DNA of 64,000 bases, from contig SMSO01000014.1 in assembly GCA_004764695.1 (NCBI GenBank), forward strand, positions 1,297,648 to 1,361,647. Direction: 5' to 3'. The notes beneath the pieces are model-generated. The model searched no databases, was not told the origin of the DNA, and saw nothing but the letters and a program-made list of their open reading frames with translations. Origin of the DNA: Schizochytrium sp. TIO01. Lineage: Eukaryota; Protista; Bigyra: Labyrinthulomycetes. Both the position numbers and the translations under genes were made by a program. Shown here piece after piece: positions 19,566 through 34,113 of the stretch (position 1 is the first letter of the stretch; each line of letters opens with the position of its first letter).

Positions 19566-22500
19566 TTCTCTATTGTGTTTTAGGTAGTAAGAAGCCCAAT
19601 GAGCTCTGCGATGGGAGCTTCGCAGAGCAGAGCAGAGCAGAGCAGCTTCGAAGCGATCGAGACCAGCGCCTGTCGCCGTTCAAGTCTGAGCGTGGTTTCT
19701 CTCGCTGCGAAACAGCGGCTTTGGCAGAGGCTGCGCGGCTGCCCGGCGAGAAGAAAGATCGCCATCCCACCGACTGCGTCCCCGGACGAAACACTGACGC
19801 AATCTGCGCATGCGTCACTCGAAGCAGGAAATTAAAGAAAAGAGAACAGCAGAATGGTAAGCATTCATTCTACAGTCACGAGGTACTCCGTTCCTCCTCA
19901 GACCCCTCTGGCTAAGGGTCCTTAGGCGCCCTACTACGTTTTGAGTCTGGCCAGAAAACTCTCCTTGCGGCCTTCCCAGCAACCCCTGGGTCAGAAGAAG
20001 TGCCTCTGGACACGTTTTGCCCTCTTAAGTTTGAACAGCAGATAAAAGCCTTTTTCAATGTACATTTCATAGACTTTAAGTTACAGTGATTCTTCCCTTT
20101 TATAACGAACGAACGAACGAACAAGCTAAATAAACAAACAAACAAACAAATTATTGAAAGCTGCTTGGAAAACATTAGCCAGGGAATAGCAAGTGCTAAG
20201 CTCGAGAAAGGATCTCGACGCTTCTTCTTTTCTGTTTCTACCTTTCTACCTTTCTGCGTTGTTATTGATTGTTATTAATTTCAAATGATAACGCTGAAAG
20301 GACGAGTGGTTTCATGAGTCTCTTTTTCCTTCTTCTTTTTGTTTTTCTTCTCTTTGGAGGACCTAAAAACTAGAACCATGCCGCGTGCAGGCGCGTCTGT
20401 AATCGAGTCTCTTCTGCGTTCCGCCTTTGGTTTTCGCCGCGCTCTTTCACTTTCTGTTCTCCGCAGTCGCTTTCTTTCTCTCCGCCTTTCCTCATGGATT
20501 GACGATGGCGTCTCCAAATCTCTCTTTCCAGTTCTCTCATCAATGGTACGTTCTCTGAGTGCAGTGCATTAAAGGGAGAACGCGGCCTTAAACGTCGCTT
20601 ACTCAGGACAGGTCCTTCTTCAATTCGGGCGCCGCAAAGGAACAACGTCCAAAGCAGCAAACAATGCTGCTGCTTTGTTTGTTTGTTTGTTTGTTTGTTT
20701 GTTTGTCGCAAAGGCGTTGCTTTATATATATATCCCCAGACTTGGCCTCTTCTCTTCGTTATCAGTCAGTTTTTTCAGAGCAAATCATGGGCACCGCCAC
20801 TTCTATATTTATTACATACAGCCTTAGATTTTCCAATTGGATTCTTTCACGCGATGGAATGAATCAAGAGCTCGCTTGGAATCGATAGCTTCCTTGGACT
20901 GCACTGCTCTCATTCGCAGTTCCTGCGTGGCAGATCTTAAGTGGAGTTGAGGAAATGCGCGAATCCGCAGCATGAGGAGTCGAAGGTTTGCGAAGGCTCA
21001 CGCGAAGATCTACGAAGCGCCGTTCGCCTCTTGTTTCGCAGAGCCTCCCTTCAAATGAACAAAAGAAACAGAACAGAGAAGGAAAGGAAAGAAAGAAAAG
21101 AAAGGAACAGACAAAGGAGAAAGCTGAGAGAAGGAAGTTCGTTCTCTTTCGGCCTCCCTGAACGGAGCTGCAAAGAATATGAGACACCGAAAAGACGGAA
21201 AAACTCGAACCGACGAGAGAGATCACTCAGTCAGTCATCATTCAATGGGTCAATCTCTCGCATCAAAGCCATCAAAGGTGCCGTGCTTCTTACAAGTCAC
21301 GTGCCTTTGCGAGAAAGAGCGTCGCTTCTGGACGGATGGGTGGATGAATTGATTGACCAGTTCAACCTTGATAAGACAAAGGCCTCATAAAAGATCAGCA
21401 GATGGTAGACAGTCAATCAATCAATAAATGTTGCAGGGGTTACGGGTGCTGCTCAGTACTTGCTGGTTGGCAGGCGTATGATGATACATATCCATAGACA
21501 TATTCAATTTTTGTTGAATATGTATTGTTTTTCTATTGAAAAGTTTCAATTTAAAGCCCAAAATTGTGTAGAAAAGAAGAAGAGCCTGAAGCACAAAGGA
21601 CTGAAGAAGAAGAAGAAGAATGAGAAGTCAATTCAAGAGAGAAGAAGACCTCGACCATAACGGGAGTCGGGCGAGAACTTCGAAGATCCCGAGGCTTCTT
21701 ACTTTGGTGGTTGTGGAAAACAGTGGCGTACAGAGAGGGTGTTTCGAAAAGCGACGGCGGCTGAGTGCTTTCCGTCCACGTCTGAGGATAGATATCTCAT
21801 GATGTAATTTTCATCTCTCTTTCTCTCCGCAGCACAAACAAACGAGAAGAAGTAAGCATCCGCATAAAGTTACGGCTCTCCTTCGCCATTGAAAAAACCC
21901 TCAAAAGGGCTTTCTTTCAACGGGAAGGAAGTGCCCAGGCAGTCGCAATATCATATCATTGGGCCTACGATTTCGAAGCAATGCAATGCTTTCGAGCCCT
22001 TCAAAAGGAAGAAAGGAACTAAGAAAGAAGGAAAGCTCAGTCCTTCTTTTTTGCTCCTTTGCGATGCTTGTAGATTTATCTCCCTTATTCCTCAGTCGCA
22101 CCGGTTCATTGATGCTTTCCTCGCTTCCTTTCCTTACTTACATACTTACACGCATACATACACTTCGCTATTGCCCCAAAAGAAGGAAAAAGAGACTCTC
22201 TATCGCCTTCCAAGGTCAGCAAAAGAAGAACGCCAAGCAAAAGAAAGAACGCCCTCGAGCGGAACACCTCATCCAGCTCCTCACCATGGCTGGCCCCAGA
22301 CTTGGCGGAGGACTTGGACCTCTGAAAGGTCAGCCGTTTCCGCGTGAGAGCTGGTTTCCAGACAGCCTCGACGAGGCTGAGCCAGGGGCCCTTTTCTTGC
22401 CTCGCTCAGGCGTGGCAGCAGCAGAAAGAAGCTCGCTTTCCATCAGAATCGAGATAGACCGGAGCCGGGTTGGCTCAGCTCCAGAGCTGGGCTCGCCTTC

Positions 22501-24578
22501 CTCGAAAGTGACCCTGCACGCGAAGGTCCAGGCGGGTCTTACCGTAAAGCGTAGCGGGTGCTAGGCGTCTGTCGGATGGTGCGACATCTCGCTCAAAAGC
22601 CAGCTCGCGTTATTCTTGCGCGGCGCATTTTCTTTTTGTTGTTGTTTATTATTCTGTACAAAAGTAAGTATATGCGTAATGTTTGTTTGTTATAAATGGA
22701 TTGTTTTACACGGTGCTATGGTGTACTGGTTTATTTTATTTACTTATTTATTTTCAAAAGAAGAAAAGCGCGCAAAGAAGGATGTTTTGTTTAGGTAGAT
22801 TTTCGAGGCAGCGGAGAAGAAGAAGAAAGTTCGTTCGCTCATGAAAGAGGCTCGGATTTTGAGATTGAGAACAGGGCAGGCAGAAGAGGGAAAGGATTCG
22901 CTGCGAAGACCATGGACGGAGCGAGTGAGGGATCGACGGATGGACGGCTTTAGAGACAAGATCTTATGAAGGGAACTCGTGCTTCGAAGCACACTCCACA
23001 TCGGAAACTTGCGTCAAAAGAGCATGTCTTCGAAGAAAGAAGAAGAGGTAGTTAGTTAGCTGGTTGGTTAGTTGGTTAGCCAGTTAGTTAGTCAGTTAAT
23101 CTATTTTTTGTTTGTTGTATAATTTTATAATTTGGTTGATTTGTTTACTTATTTGCTTGTCCGAGGTCATGTATATGATACACAGATAGTAAGTAGTAAT
23201 AAAGGGGAAGAAGAAAGAAAAGCGCATGCGTCTGATCAGACAAACATTCTCTATTTACATGATTAAGCGAGTTACTACAGACTCTTTTCTTGGCTCCTTT
23301 TTTATTTAATGATTTAAAGAAATCAAGAAGTTTTTTTACTCTTACTTCTACTATTTTCAATATATAATATACATGTGGAGAATTCTTAATTCAATTTAAA
23401 AATAAAAATAAAAACAAAGCTTTCTTCCTCTCCCGGCACCCGTAATCCTAATGGGAAAGAGTAGTGAAGGACAAAGAAATTAAGGAAGGAAGACAAAAGC
23501 GAAGCAGAGCAAAACAGCCAACATCGAAAGTTTCCAGACTTTTCCAAAACTAAAGCACTGCTCGCTTTGCCTTGCCTTCTTTCCTTTGCTTTTCCTCTAC
23601 TTTTTTTCTCTGCTTTCCCTCGTGCCGCCTGACTCTTCAGGTTTTGTGTGTATGTTTGCAAAAGTAAGTATCTATCTATGTGCATTGTCGATCATACGTA
23701 CTCATTTCATTGCACGTCGTCGTAATCGGCCTCTCCAACATTCTCTTTTCTCGCCTTCGGGTAATTAATTCTTCAGATCATCTGCTCTCCAAGACCAAAG
23801 AAAAAGAAGCAGAGAAAAGCTCTCTCGACCAAAGAAAAAAAAGAAAGAAAGAAAGAAAAAATTCATGTCACGTGGTTCACGTGCTGCCACTGTTTGCCTG
23901 TGATTTTACATCTAGCTAGCGAGATAGCTATGAGGTCCTGGCGTGTATGTTAGGAGCAGAAATGGACATTTGAGTTGGCAATCCAATCCAAGGTTCAGAC
24001 CGCCCAGTGAAACTTGTCGGCCGGCCCCCTCTCTCTGTCGGTTTGTTCGCACCCTCGGTCCCTCTCCGTTTGCGTGTTTCCAGCTCGCGTCTCGTGTCCT
24101 CTCCTCGCACGAAGCCCACTCGCCTCGTCTCCTGCAAACGAAGCGAAAAACTAGCCCGCTTGGGCTTTTATTTATTTATTGAAAACTTATTCATTCCGTT
24201 TGGTGTTTTGGTGATTTTTAACTTTAACCGGCCCTTTTTGAAAGAACAAAAGCACGGTTTGTGTCTCTGGTTGACCAAAAAAACAAAAAGCAAAGGTTGG
24301 TTTCTTGGAACAGGGGCGACACGACGTGCGAGCAAGCAAGAAGACGAACTGGAGCTGCGAAAGGCCGCCGATGTCCGCGCAAGTGCCACGCGCAGAACAT
24401 AGTCAATAGGATAGGAGCCTCCCTACTCTGGCGCCTCAAGCCGCCTCGTCTCAGGAGCAGAACCGGTCAGCAAGCAAGCAGTTCTACGCAGCAATGAAGA
24501 AAGAAGAAAGGAAGTTTGAAAGCGCCAGGGAGCCGCGTTCTTTTCGTTCTGTCGTTCACAAAGCTGACACGTGCTCCG

Positions 24579-24624
<46 letters not shown>
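24579..24624. repeat. (CTTT)11 microsatellite
   Basis: Direct read. Confidence 0.95.
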
Positions 24625-25203
24625 GCACGTTTCTGTGTCGCGATTCGCGCACGCACGCGTCTTCAACATCTGTGGCAAGATCGATTCGATCCGAGTTCCT
24701 TCGCCCTTTCAGCCAGGGCCGAGCGAGCTCCTTCCGCCTCCTTTGCTGCGTGCACCTGCTGCTGTCCTCCTCGCTCGCAAGGAGAGTGAGCGCCGGGTCG
24801 CCGTGGCAGCTGGATTCCGTTCGGCCCAGCTGAGCTGTGCTATTCTCCCCTTCTTCTCGCCTTCATGGCCGCTGTTCAAATTTTGCAAGTGCCGGCGCTT
24901 TTCCCCCTCTAAGTTGAAATCCCCTTGTCTCCTAGCTGCCGCTAAGCGGGTGCTACCCGCCCTGTTGATTATACGCGCTCCCCTTCCCCTCTCTCTGTGG
25001 CTCCAGTACCAAAGCTGGCAATGTGGGTACCGGAATCAGTAGGAGTCGGGCCCAGTGGGCAGCTCGAAAGGCCGCTGACTAACTCGCTGACTACTGACTG
25101 GCTAACTGGCGACTCTTTTTTGGCTTGTTCTTCCTCCTGTTCTTCCTGTTCCTCTCGTTCTTGGGGCTGCTGTTCTCTTTAGCTGTCAATGCCTTCAGCT
25201 GTC

Positions 25204-25239
25204 ATGTATGTATGTATGTATGTATGTATGTATGTATGT
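25204..25239. repeat. (ATGT)9 microsatellite
   Basis: Direct read. Confidence 0.95.
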
Positions 25240-28200
25240 GGCCGGGGATCAGCGAGATGGGCCCCTGCTTGCTTGCTTTCATTCAGTGCGACCCCTTCAG
25301 CTTCTGCGTCGCACGTCAAAAGGATGGATTGGAGCTGCCGAGGACGATGATGATTGTTTTGAGGCTGATGATAATGGTGATGGAGGTCCGTGACGATGCC
25401 AAGAACGATCAACGCCGGCCTCGGTGCCCCTGGAGGGCTTTGCTTTCTGGATTACTTCGACATTCTCTCTGCCTCTTTTCCTGTCTTCTGCTCCGGAATC
25501 TCCTTTTTAGAAGTCTATGCGCTTCTTATTTATTTACTTATAAATTTAATTAAATACAAATTGAAAACAAAAAGTAAACAAAAAGATATATGTATAATAT
25601 ATAGATACGCATTCGAAAGGCAATGGATCTGGGATGTAAACGTGGTACGAGGTTTGGAGTTCTCTGAAGTGGAAAAGGCATGAAAGAACAACCAAAACTA
25701 ATAATAGATGGGCCTATTACAATTTGTGAACAAATTGATACTTATATTTTAGTAAGGTTTACTTCTTCAGTAGTTGCACATTGTTCATAACTTAAAGAAT
25801 TATATCCGCTCAAGGTTGAGTTTTAAATAATTCTTTAAAATAAGTAAATACTTTTCTCCGGCAAGATGCCCTTGAAATCACAGCTTCCCGGGTTTGTTTC
25901 CAGTTTGGCAACGAGAACCGCATCCCAGCTTTCAAAGATTGCTCTGGCGTGGAGCAAGAAGGGATTCCAGCTCGCTTCCTGTTCACCTTGAGGAGTCTAG
26001 CGCTAGGAGGGCCCTCTTGATCTGCTAGATACTCCAAACAAATCAGGGCAAATTTGAACCAGATCTTGGAAATTCTCGAGCTCGTTCTGGCAAACAATTC
26101 GCATATCTTTGCAAACTGTCTGCGAGAGTGAACGACACCACGCTACTCCAAACCGCTCGCTTGCTCGCTTGCTTGCTTGCTTGCTTTGTTCGTGTGGCTT
26201 GAACGCAAACCCTGCGTCCTGTCTATTCAAGTTGGCAGCTCAAGAGCGTGCTGATCCTGAGGCAAAGTTTGGTTGACTGTGAACTCGAGGAGCTAGATGT
26301 GCTGCTGCACATGCGAGCAGACTTGGAACGCCAATGCACTGTGCGTGCGAGAAGACCGTCGATCTCTTCGGCAGCTGCAGCGCTTGGCACGATCGATGGA
26401 TGGGGTGGGCTCGACCATCTCTCGCAGGGATGCTTTCATGTAGCACGCAGCTCTCGCTGGTTTGGTGGAGGCCAGAACTTCAAGAAAGAATTCAAATCTG
26501 CAATTCCTACGTCTCTCGTGCCCATGCATGTACAGAAAAGGCATCACCCGCCTCCGCCTCCTGTGGCATCTCTGCCAGCGCGTGAAGAGACCTCTTCAGC
26601 GTGCCGCTCGCACGCCTGTGACCCTCGCTCGTGAGTTCTCCTTCGATGTCTTGGCTTCCTCAGGAGGCCAGCCTCCCGGCAAGAACTTGAGCACCGCGGA
26701 CTACGCGGCTGTGATCCCGGGGGCCACAAGCAAGCAAGCAAGCAAGCAAACAAGCAAACTTGTGCGCATGTTACGGGGCTGGCGTCTCTGAGGCTGCGGC
26801 GGGCCGGCGTCCGGAGCGGTCTCTTGAACGTGGCTGGTGCCAGATGCTCTTCGAAACAATGCGAGGGGACAGCGGTGCACAACTCGAGCTGGGCCTTTTG
26901 CACATCTTGCATATGACGATGGGTACTACCGCCAGGTAGGAGGTAGACGAGGAAAACGATTGCACGCAACTAACTCTGTTCTTGGCATCAAGTGCTGGTT
27001 GGTTTGTTGGTACCTAGGTCCCGACCTGCCACCTAGGTAGCTTCTGCAAGATCGAGGAAGGCATCGCATCGCGTAGAATCTTTCAGCTCCTTTCGCTGCT
27101 GGCCATCTTTCCTTTCTTTCGATGATCTCTTGAGGCATCAAGAGCGAACCCTCAGGGAGAGAGAGGGAAGGAGACTTGACTGTTATCTGCGTTCAAAAGA
27201 GTTGCGTATGGTCGAGTCATTCGAGTGTATCATCGGCGAGCCTTGTTTTCATCGGCGGGTCCCGCGCGTGAGGGCGCTTTCGAGTTCGTCGTCATCATGC
27301 TGCTGTCTTACAGAGGCTCCATCAAAAGCACACGTTCAGAATATCCATGGGAGGACTTTCTAGAGTTAGTTCCCTTCCGTGCTTCTGAGGTTTTTCCCAC
27401 TCTCAAAGGTTCGCTTTCCCATATGAAAAAGCAAAGAAAAACAGACGTGAGAGCGGTTTTGCACTTGCCTTGTGGCCGATGATTCCAAGTTATAGAGTGC
27501 ACGACGGCCAGGAATCATTGAGAGTTGGCGCGAAGCTGTTCAGGGCTACAGCTGCTGAGTCTAAAGCGAGTCTCCTTGTGAAGAAATCGGGAACGCTGGC
27601 TTCCCTGAGACCGATGCGGGTGAGGCTGTGGCAACGATGGGGCCAGTGCTCGGCACACAATAACAGTTTTTTAAGTCTATCTCTAGCTAGCTAGCTAGCT
27701 AAGCTAGACGAACAATTCTTTTAATTAAAACGTTTAGTAAAAACCGGCAATCTAAGAATGAATGCAGGAGATAATTCATTTCATTAAAATAGAATTTGCC
27801 GATCAGGCTTCAGCTAGTCAGTCGTACCGTGCTAGCTGGTTCTTCGCTGACAAAACTTGATCAATGAATCTACCTTACCCTCAATAGCCAGAGGCGAAGC
27901 AACTCATCAACAGAATTGGATAGAACTCAAGACAAAGCAATCGCCTGCTCAAGGATGAGCGGAGGTTCACAAGCAGGGACCTGGCTGAGGGAATCCTTGA
28001 GACTTTTTGGAGTGATTATATAACCTTTCACTAATTAACAATGGTGGGCTTCATTAGCTGCAGGAAACGAATGAGGATGCGCTGAAGACAGCACGTACGC
28101 TGGAGAACAACGCTTGTGATTTACACACGATTTCGTGAGGACTTGTTCTTTGACAATGGTTCATTGTTGAAGTATCCAGGAAAGGAAGAAATTCAACGAT

Positions 28201-30805
28201 TTCGTTCGGTACACCAAGACGCCGACAGCCCAGGGCTAATGCCAACAGCTGATTTCGTCTGCAAAATCTTCAAAAGTCAAGTAGGTATACCTGGCCGGTT
28301 GTTTCTACTCGAAGCGTCAAATATAATATGGTAATATGGTGCTACAGCAATTTTTTTAAAAAGAAGTAAACAAATCTGCCTGGCCGTGAGAAATGGCGGG
28401 CCCAGCAATCCCCTTCTTGAAGCGCAATAGAGTGTGGGGTTCTCGTGTTCTCGTCATGTTTTCTTGAAGGAAGAAAACGAAATACATGCTGCGTTCGAGT
28501 ATACTAAAGCGCCCGAACCTCCAAAGTTTCCTCACGATTCTCGTTTTTTTCATTTTTTTAAATTAATTAAAAAAAAATGAATCACAGTAAACCTTCTCGT
28601 TCAAACTTTTAATTTAAAATAAATAATAATCTGTCATGTCGTATTAACCCTTCCTTGGTAGGCGTTTCGCCGTCTCAACCGCGCCCTCCCCCCGGAAGTA
28701 GTGAGCTGGAAGAGCTACACCTCAGAAATCACGATGAACACACGATCGAGTGAATGCTCAGCCTATAAAACTGAAGCTAGATGGCTGAATGACTACTTTG
28801 CTTGGTCACCAAAGAACAGGAGAACACACAATTCAAGTCAGAAACTTCACAAAATAAGGAAAAAAGAAAGAACTAATTGAAAACTAGAACTTGGACAAAC
28901 AAAGTTGAGAAACAGCAGCCACATCAGTGTGCTTCTATGAGTAAAAATCAGGCTGTTACCCCTCATTTCCACAAGTTCATTAAAAAATAGTGCTGCGCGG
29001 AGCCTGGACTTTGGGACAAGGTGTGAGCGTCCACGCCAAACATCTTGAACAGTTGTTGGCAAATGATCTGAAATATCGTGCAGTTTCATTTGATTCTAAT
29101 GCCTGCCATCATGTATAACATTATCATGCCCTTCTTTAAAGAAGAACCAGAAATGAAAACTCCTCACTTTACAAGACTGACCGTCTGCAACCAGTCATGC
29201 CGCAACTTCGAATAATGTAAAGCGTTGTCAATATCAAATGAAGATCCGATGCCTTCTTCTTCTTCTTCTTCTTCTTCTTTTTTGCAAGTGGCGTCAAGCT
29301 CTTGAAATTGGATATTAAAAAGGAGAACTCTTTTTGCCAAAGAATTTGTAATGTAGAAAGAATGCAGACATCTTTTGAAATGAAAATGTTCGAATTTTGA
29401 CTAAGGTATTTGCAAAAGTTTAACAAAAACATGCCAACTTTGCACAGATCGATAACCTCTTGAAATGTTGCGGTTCTCTTTACACATGAAACTTCTACAC
29501 CATACATAACTGTTTACAAGCAGCCAGAGATCATTCTCCTGAACTCTTTTAGAATTTTAATGAATTAATGTCCGGAGCAATTCAAAGCAAAGGGTACGTC
29601 GTCAGACAAAGCTCGCGTTCTATCACATTAATTTAGTGAATGCCAAATTTCTGGATTTGTTCTGAAAATTAATACTTGTGTTATCTTTTTGGTCTACCTG
29701 GCATAATTCTAGCAGCCTTATGCTTCGATCTATTTTCATTTGATTCAGGTTCATACAGAGCTGCTGCTCTTTCCAGGTGGTATTTGTATACCAAGTGAGC
29801 CATTGCTGTGACATATTGTGCTGGAAATAAAACTTCTTCAAGTGGGAAACTACCTAGGTAGATTTATCCACTATTAAAGGAGAGGCCGCTGGTCTGGCTA
29901 GCTTTGGGAATCTCGCTTGCCTCCAGAAAAGGAGTCGAGGTTTTAAATCAATCTGAGATCACAACAAGATTGCATTCCACGCAAAACACTCAAAATGTAA
30001 AGGGCAATTTTATTTTTTTTAAAAAATTAAGTTACTTAGAAAGAGAGAAAGAGGAAAAGAAAAGTTAAAAATAAGTTAACCTTGAAGACAAAGATACCTA
30101 TCTATATATATATCATACATATATATGGCTACTAAAGTGAAGAATTAGATCATCTAATTACAAAGCGCACCATAGAAAGTCCTGTTGAGCGGCCTAAACG
30201 AGAGAAGGCGATGTACGACCTCTTCCGAGCAGAGGCCGCGGTCGTAGAGAGATGCTTGCTTACGCATGCTGTTCTATTCACTCCGTTTTGGACCACGATG
30301 GATGTCCCTGTGGATTATGTGCCCATGCACGTGGTGCCCCTGGATTTCTCCACGGTGTCAAGAAAGACAAATCAGGTCACCATGCGCGCATTGATTGATT
30401 AAGATGTCGAGTTACTTCGTCGGAATTTTACAAGAGCTTTGATAAATCTGCACACAATCGATGGGTGGTTTTCATCAATCGCCGCATGCGAATCTCGTGC
30501 CATCATAGATCAAGTTTTCAAGCGAGCGGGTTGAAAGCAAAAGTCAACATGGCGCGAGATCGCAACAAGTACAGAGTATTGAAGCCAGGCCAGATTCTCC
30601 ATGTGGTGATGGATTTGTGGCTGGTAAGCAGATCATCGTCCTCTTCCATCCTGCTCCCACTGCACATGGAGATGGGTGATGGACCAACACCACTCCATCA
30701 AGTCAAGTCAGATTTAGCTTATCGAGACTCTGTGACAGCTTTCCAGGAACATCGATGGCCATTGCGCCACCTTGAGGTCTGTTGTGCCATCTCTGGAGCA
30801 ATGCC

Positions 30806-30872
30806 GCTCCTTTTTGCTAATGCTCCTTTTTGCTAATGCTCCTTTTTGCTAATGCTCCTTTTTGCTAATGCT
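30806..30872. repeat. 16-bp minisatellite (GCTCCTTTTTGCTAAT)x4
   Basis: Perfect head-to-tail units at 30806, 30822, 30838 and 30854, with no spacers. Confidence 0.95.
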
Positions 30873-33800
30873 GTGGATGAACAGCACTTGAATATCCAGC
30901 CAGAAACTGAATTTGCCTTGTCGCACCGTCGAGCAGATGAAAGAAGCCGTTTGAGGCGCCGACGTCTTCTCTATAGTCCATTCGCGATGTCACAGACATG
31001 ATGATTGCCGTCCTCGCTTCGCAACCAGCCAACCAAAGACTCGCAGGACGATTGTGCAGAGATTTTCAAGATGCAAGATCCTCGGCTTTACAGCGCGATT
31101 GAGCACCGTAGCCGCCATATCCCCTCCCCGTCAAATCCTTCGACCGTGACGATGGTGATCCTTGCGCGATCAGCGCCACTCCTTCGCAAGAGCTCTCAGG
31201 AAGACCACATTGCATTGCTCTGCTGAGCAAGCAACGCCAGCAAACTCAGAGCTCGAGCGGAAAGCTTCTCAAGGTCTTGGGCGGGCATTCGAGAGTGCAC
31301 CCACAACTACTTCGTCAAACAACACATCTGAAAGAAGCCAAAACATTAATCATCATTCCAGGGGACAGCGCGCATTCCTGTTCCTAGTGTTCTTTCCCAA
31401 GTTACAAAAGGACTCCAATTGGAACAGCCCTCCTCTTCTTCTTCTGCCTCTGCTTCTTCCTTTCCGAATTCCGCGCCGACTGCCGCGAGACCTGCTCCTG
31501 TCATTGCCGCTGGCCCTCCGGGAAATCGCACGGAACAAATACGCAAAGCCCGGCGCTTCTTGCCTCTTCGAGCCGCTCTCTGCTTCAAGTTTTCGCAGGC
31601 TCAGCCTTGGAGGGTCCAGCCCAGAACAGCCAATCTTCGACGCCTGCCTGAGCTCTTCGAGGCCATCCACCATCACATGAATCGAGGGTCCAGAATCCGG
31701 TACCGGTACTGTTTGAAGTGGCATTCCCCGGCAGTTCCCCACATTCGTCTGTTAATAGATAGATAGGTAGATAGATAGATATAGATGGATAGATATAGAT
31801 GGATAGAGGAGGATACCTTTGAAACGCTGTTGTTATCGATAGTCCGTGCTTGTTCGGATTTCTTTTAGAAATGGAATGGTTTCAAAAATCTTTTATTTTT
31901 TGAATGGGTGCGAACTGACTCATAAAAGCATAATGAAAGCTTCGCTGAGATGATTGAATGATTGATTGATTGAATGATTGATTTAGAGTATGATAATGTT
32001 GAAGAGCCTTCTTTCTTGTCTGCAAAAGAGGGCGGAGGCACGGGAGGCGGGCCGAGGCGGGGCGACAGGAAGAAAGGAGGAGAGCGAACAGTTCCCGAGA
32101 GGGTGCCAACAGACAGACAGACAGGCAGAATGGCAGATAAGCAAGCAAGCAGAGAGGTTTTCATGGAGCCCCTGATTTGCTACTTTGCAGTGAGGGATCA
32201 TGCGGTATCTTCGATGCTCGCTGGAAAAGCCTCGCTATTAATGTTTTTTGATTCTCTTTATAAAATTAAAAAGAGACAACAACAACAACCGAAATGAGGA
32301 TATTCGGCATTACGCATAGAAACAAACTAAAACTCACTCCACAGCGCATTTGTTTGGGTCTCTCGAACAGGACTGACTGATAGACAGAGAGACAATGATC
32401 CACTGGTTTTAAAAATAACGTGAGGCCCTGTTTTGAGATGGTTTTGAGCTGTGCTAACGTAGAGAAGGACAGGTACAGGTACACGAAGAGTTGGATAGCT
32501 CGAGGCTTGGGCCTCTGCGGAGCTTGCTGTGAGGACAGAGGGAGCCGGACTATTGCGAGCAGAGAGTAAGCAAGGATCGCCAAACGGAGGGCCTCAGAAC
32601 ACCGATTATCCGCAATGCTGCAGCACGCTCCAAGACTACTGGCGCCTGCCTGCCTAGGAATTATTAGGCAGAAGAGGCCACGAAATCATCGCTGCTTTCA
32701 ATTACATTTGAAAGAGTTTGAAAGCATGTATGGTTTTCTATTAAAATTAATGTGAAAAGGGAATACGAAAAGAACATTAGAAGGGAGCAAGTAAGTTAGT
32801 TAAACTCAGATTATAGTAAAGAGTAACGTAAGGCGGGGTTTACTTCTCTGATGAACAGAACGCTTTCGGTTTACTTTATATATTGATTTGTTTATTCTTC
32901 TAAAGAAGTGTATTTTCTCTCTTAAATTAGAAAATAAAGAGAATGATATCTCAATGGTTCCGTGCTGACTTTGTCAGTTCAGCGCGTATCAGCGCGTGAC
33001 CGCGTTCTCACTCTCGCCTTCCATAAAGAAACGTGAGAGGGGATGTAAACATTTTCTTAGTCTTCTTTCTTTTTCTCTCGTTCCCTATTTATCCATAGAA
33101 AACCATGATTGATAGTGAGAAACCGGAAAAGACTGGTCATTCGCTGCGAAGGCCACAGATGAGCGAAGCGCGCCATTCGAAAAGTTGCATAGTCGTCAAT
33201 TGCATCCTTCTAAAACCTCTTCTTCTTCTGTTTTTCCTCGAAAGTGAGGAAACAATGGTTTCGGGTAAACCTGGTTAGATAGAGCCCACCAGTGGACATA
33301 GTGTTCTTTTATTGTTTCTTTTATTGTTCTTTTCAGCTGCAGTTTTCACGTGAGTCAAAACATTTCGTTCTATTCTCTATTTTAGTAAAAGCAAGTATTA
33401 AAAGCTCTTTGAATCATTCATTTCCTTTTGCTTTACAATATTTACGATTAAAGAACTTGAAAACAATTCGAGGGACTTGTTCTTTTCCAATTTTAATACT
33501 TTAAAAAGTAAAAATTTGCGGTAATTTTTATGTTTACAGAGTCTCGTTTTCTTCCCTTCAGGAGTTTCATTTCTGAAAACTCATGAAAAGCGAGCTACAT
33601 ACCACTCGGTCAGTTGTTAGCGTGCTCTATTGCGAACCTGTACCTCAATTGCTTGTCTCGTTGGGCTCATCATCGTGAACAGTGAAGAGGCACGAAACTA
33701 ACTCATTTCCATCCATTTGTGTTGACCGCGTTTCCGCTCGCCAGTCCACCCGTGCATTTACCTACTTGCAATTCTTTATTAACTTTTTTCTGCTCCTTCG

Positions 33801-34067
33801 CTTTCTTTCCAAACTGGCGCTTCCGTTTAGCATTATTGAGCAGTGCTTTTTCTCCATCCAAGGAGAACATCCTCGCGCACTTTCCTACTTTCAAAGGCTA
33901 AAATCATAGCTTGTCTTTATGAGTTCAAACGCAAACAACAAACAAATAAAAAGTGATTCATAAAAAACAGATCAACGTTCACGTTTACCAGGAACGTGCA
34001 GAAGGTTATGTCTGTCACTGCCAAAGGAGACCTGGGAAGTTTAGGCTTTAACTGAGTAATTAATTAA

Positions 34068-34113
34068 TTCACTCACTCACTCATTCATTCATTCATTCAT
34101 TCATTCATTCATT
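34068..34113. repeat. (TCAC)n(TCAT)n compound microsatellite
   Basis: Direct read. Confidence 0.9.

Noticed and set aside
19194-19915. ORFs of 121-225 aa made of VCLF repeats
   Set aside because: Translations of the (GTTT)n microsatellite, which is open in all frames; not genes.
21889-22564. Overlapping 152- and 201-aa ORFs; similarly 24494-25042, 31162-31680, 59482-59952 and 61533-61964
   Set aside because: Mostly non-ATG starts, S/R/L/P-rich random composition and no recognisable domain.
29169-29860. AT-rich minus-strand frames that might be a transposon relic
   Set aside because: No DDE, RT, integrase or gag motifs and no terminal repeats or TSDs seen; frames are short and interrupted.
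30806-30872. Possible CRISPR-like array (the 78-nt repeat was also considered)
   Set aside because: Head-to-tail repeats without unique spacers, no cas genes, eukaryotic context.
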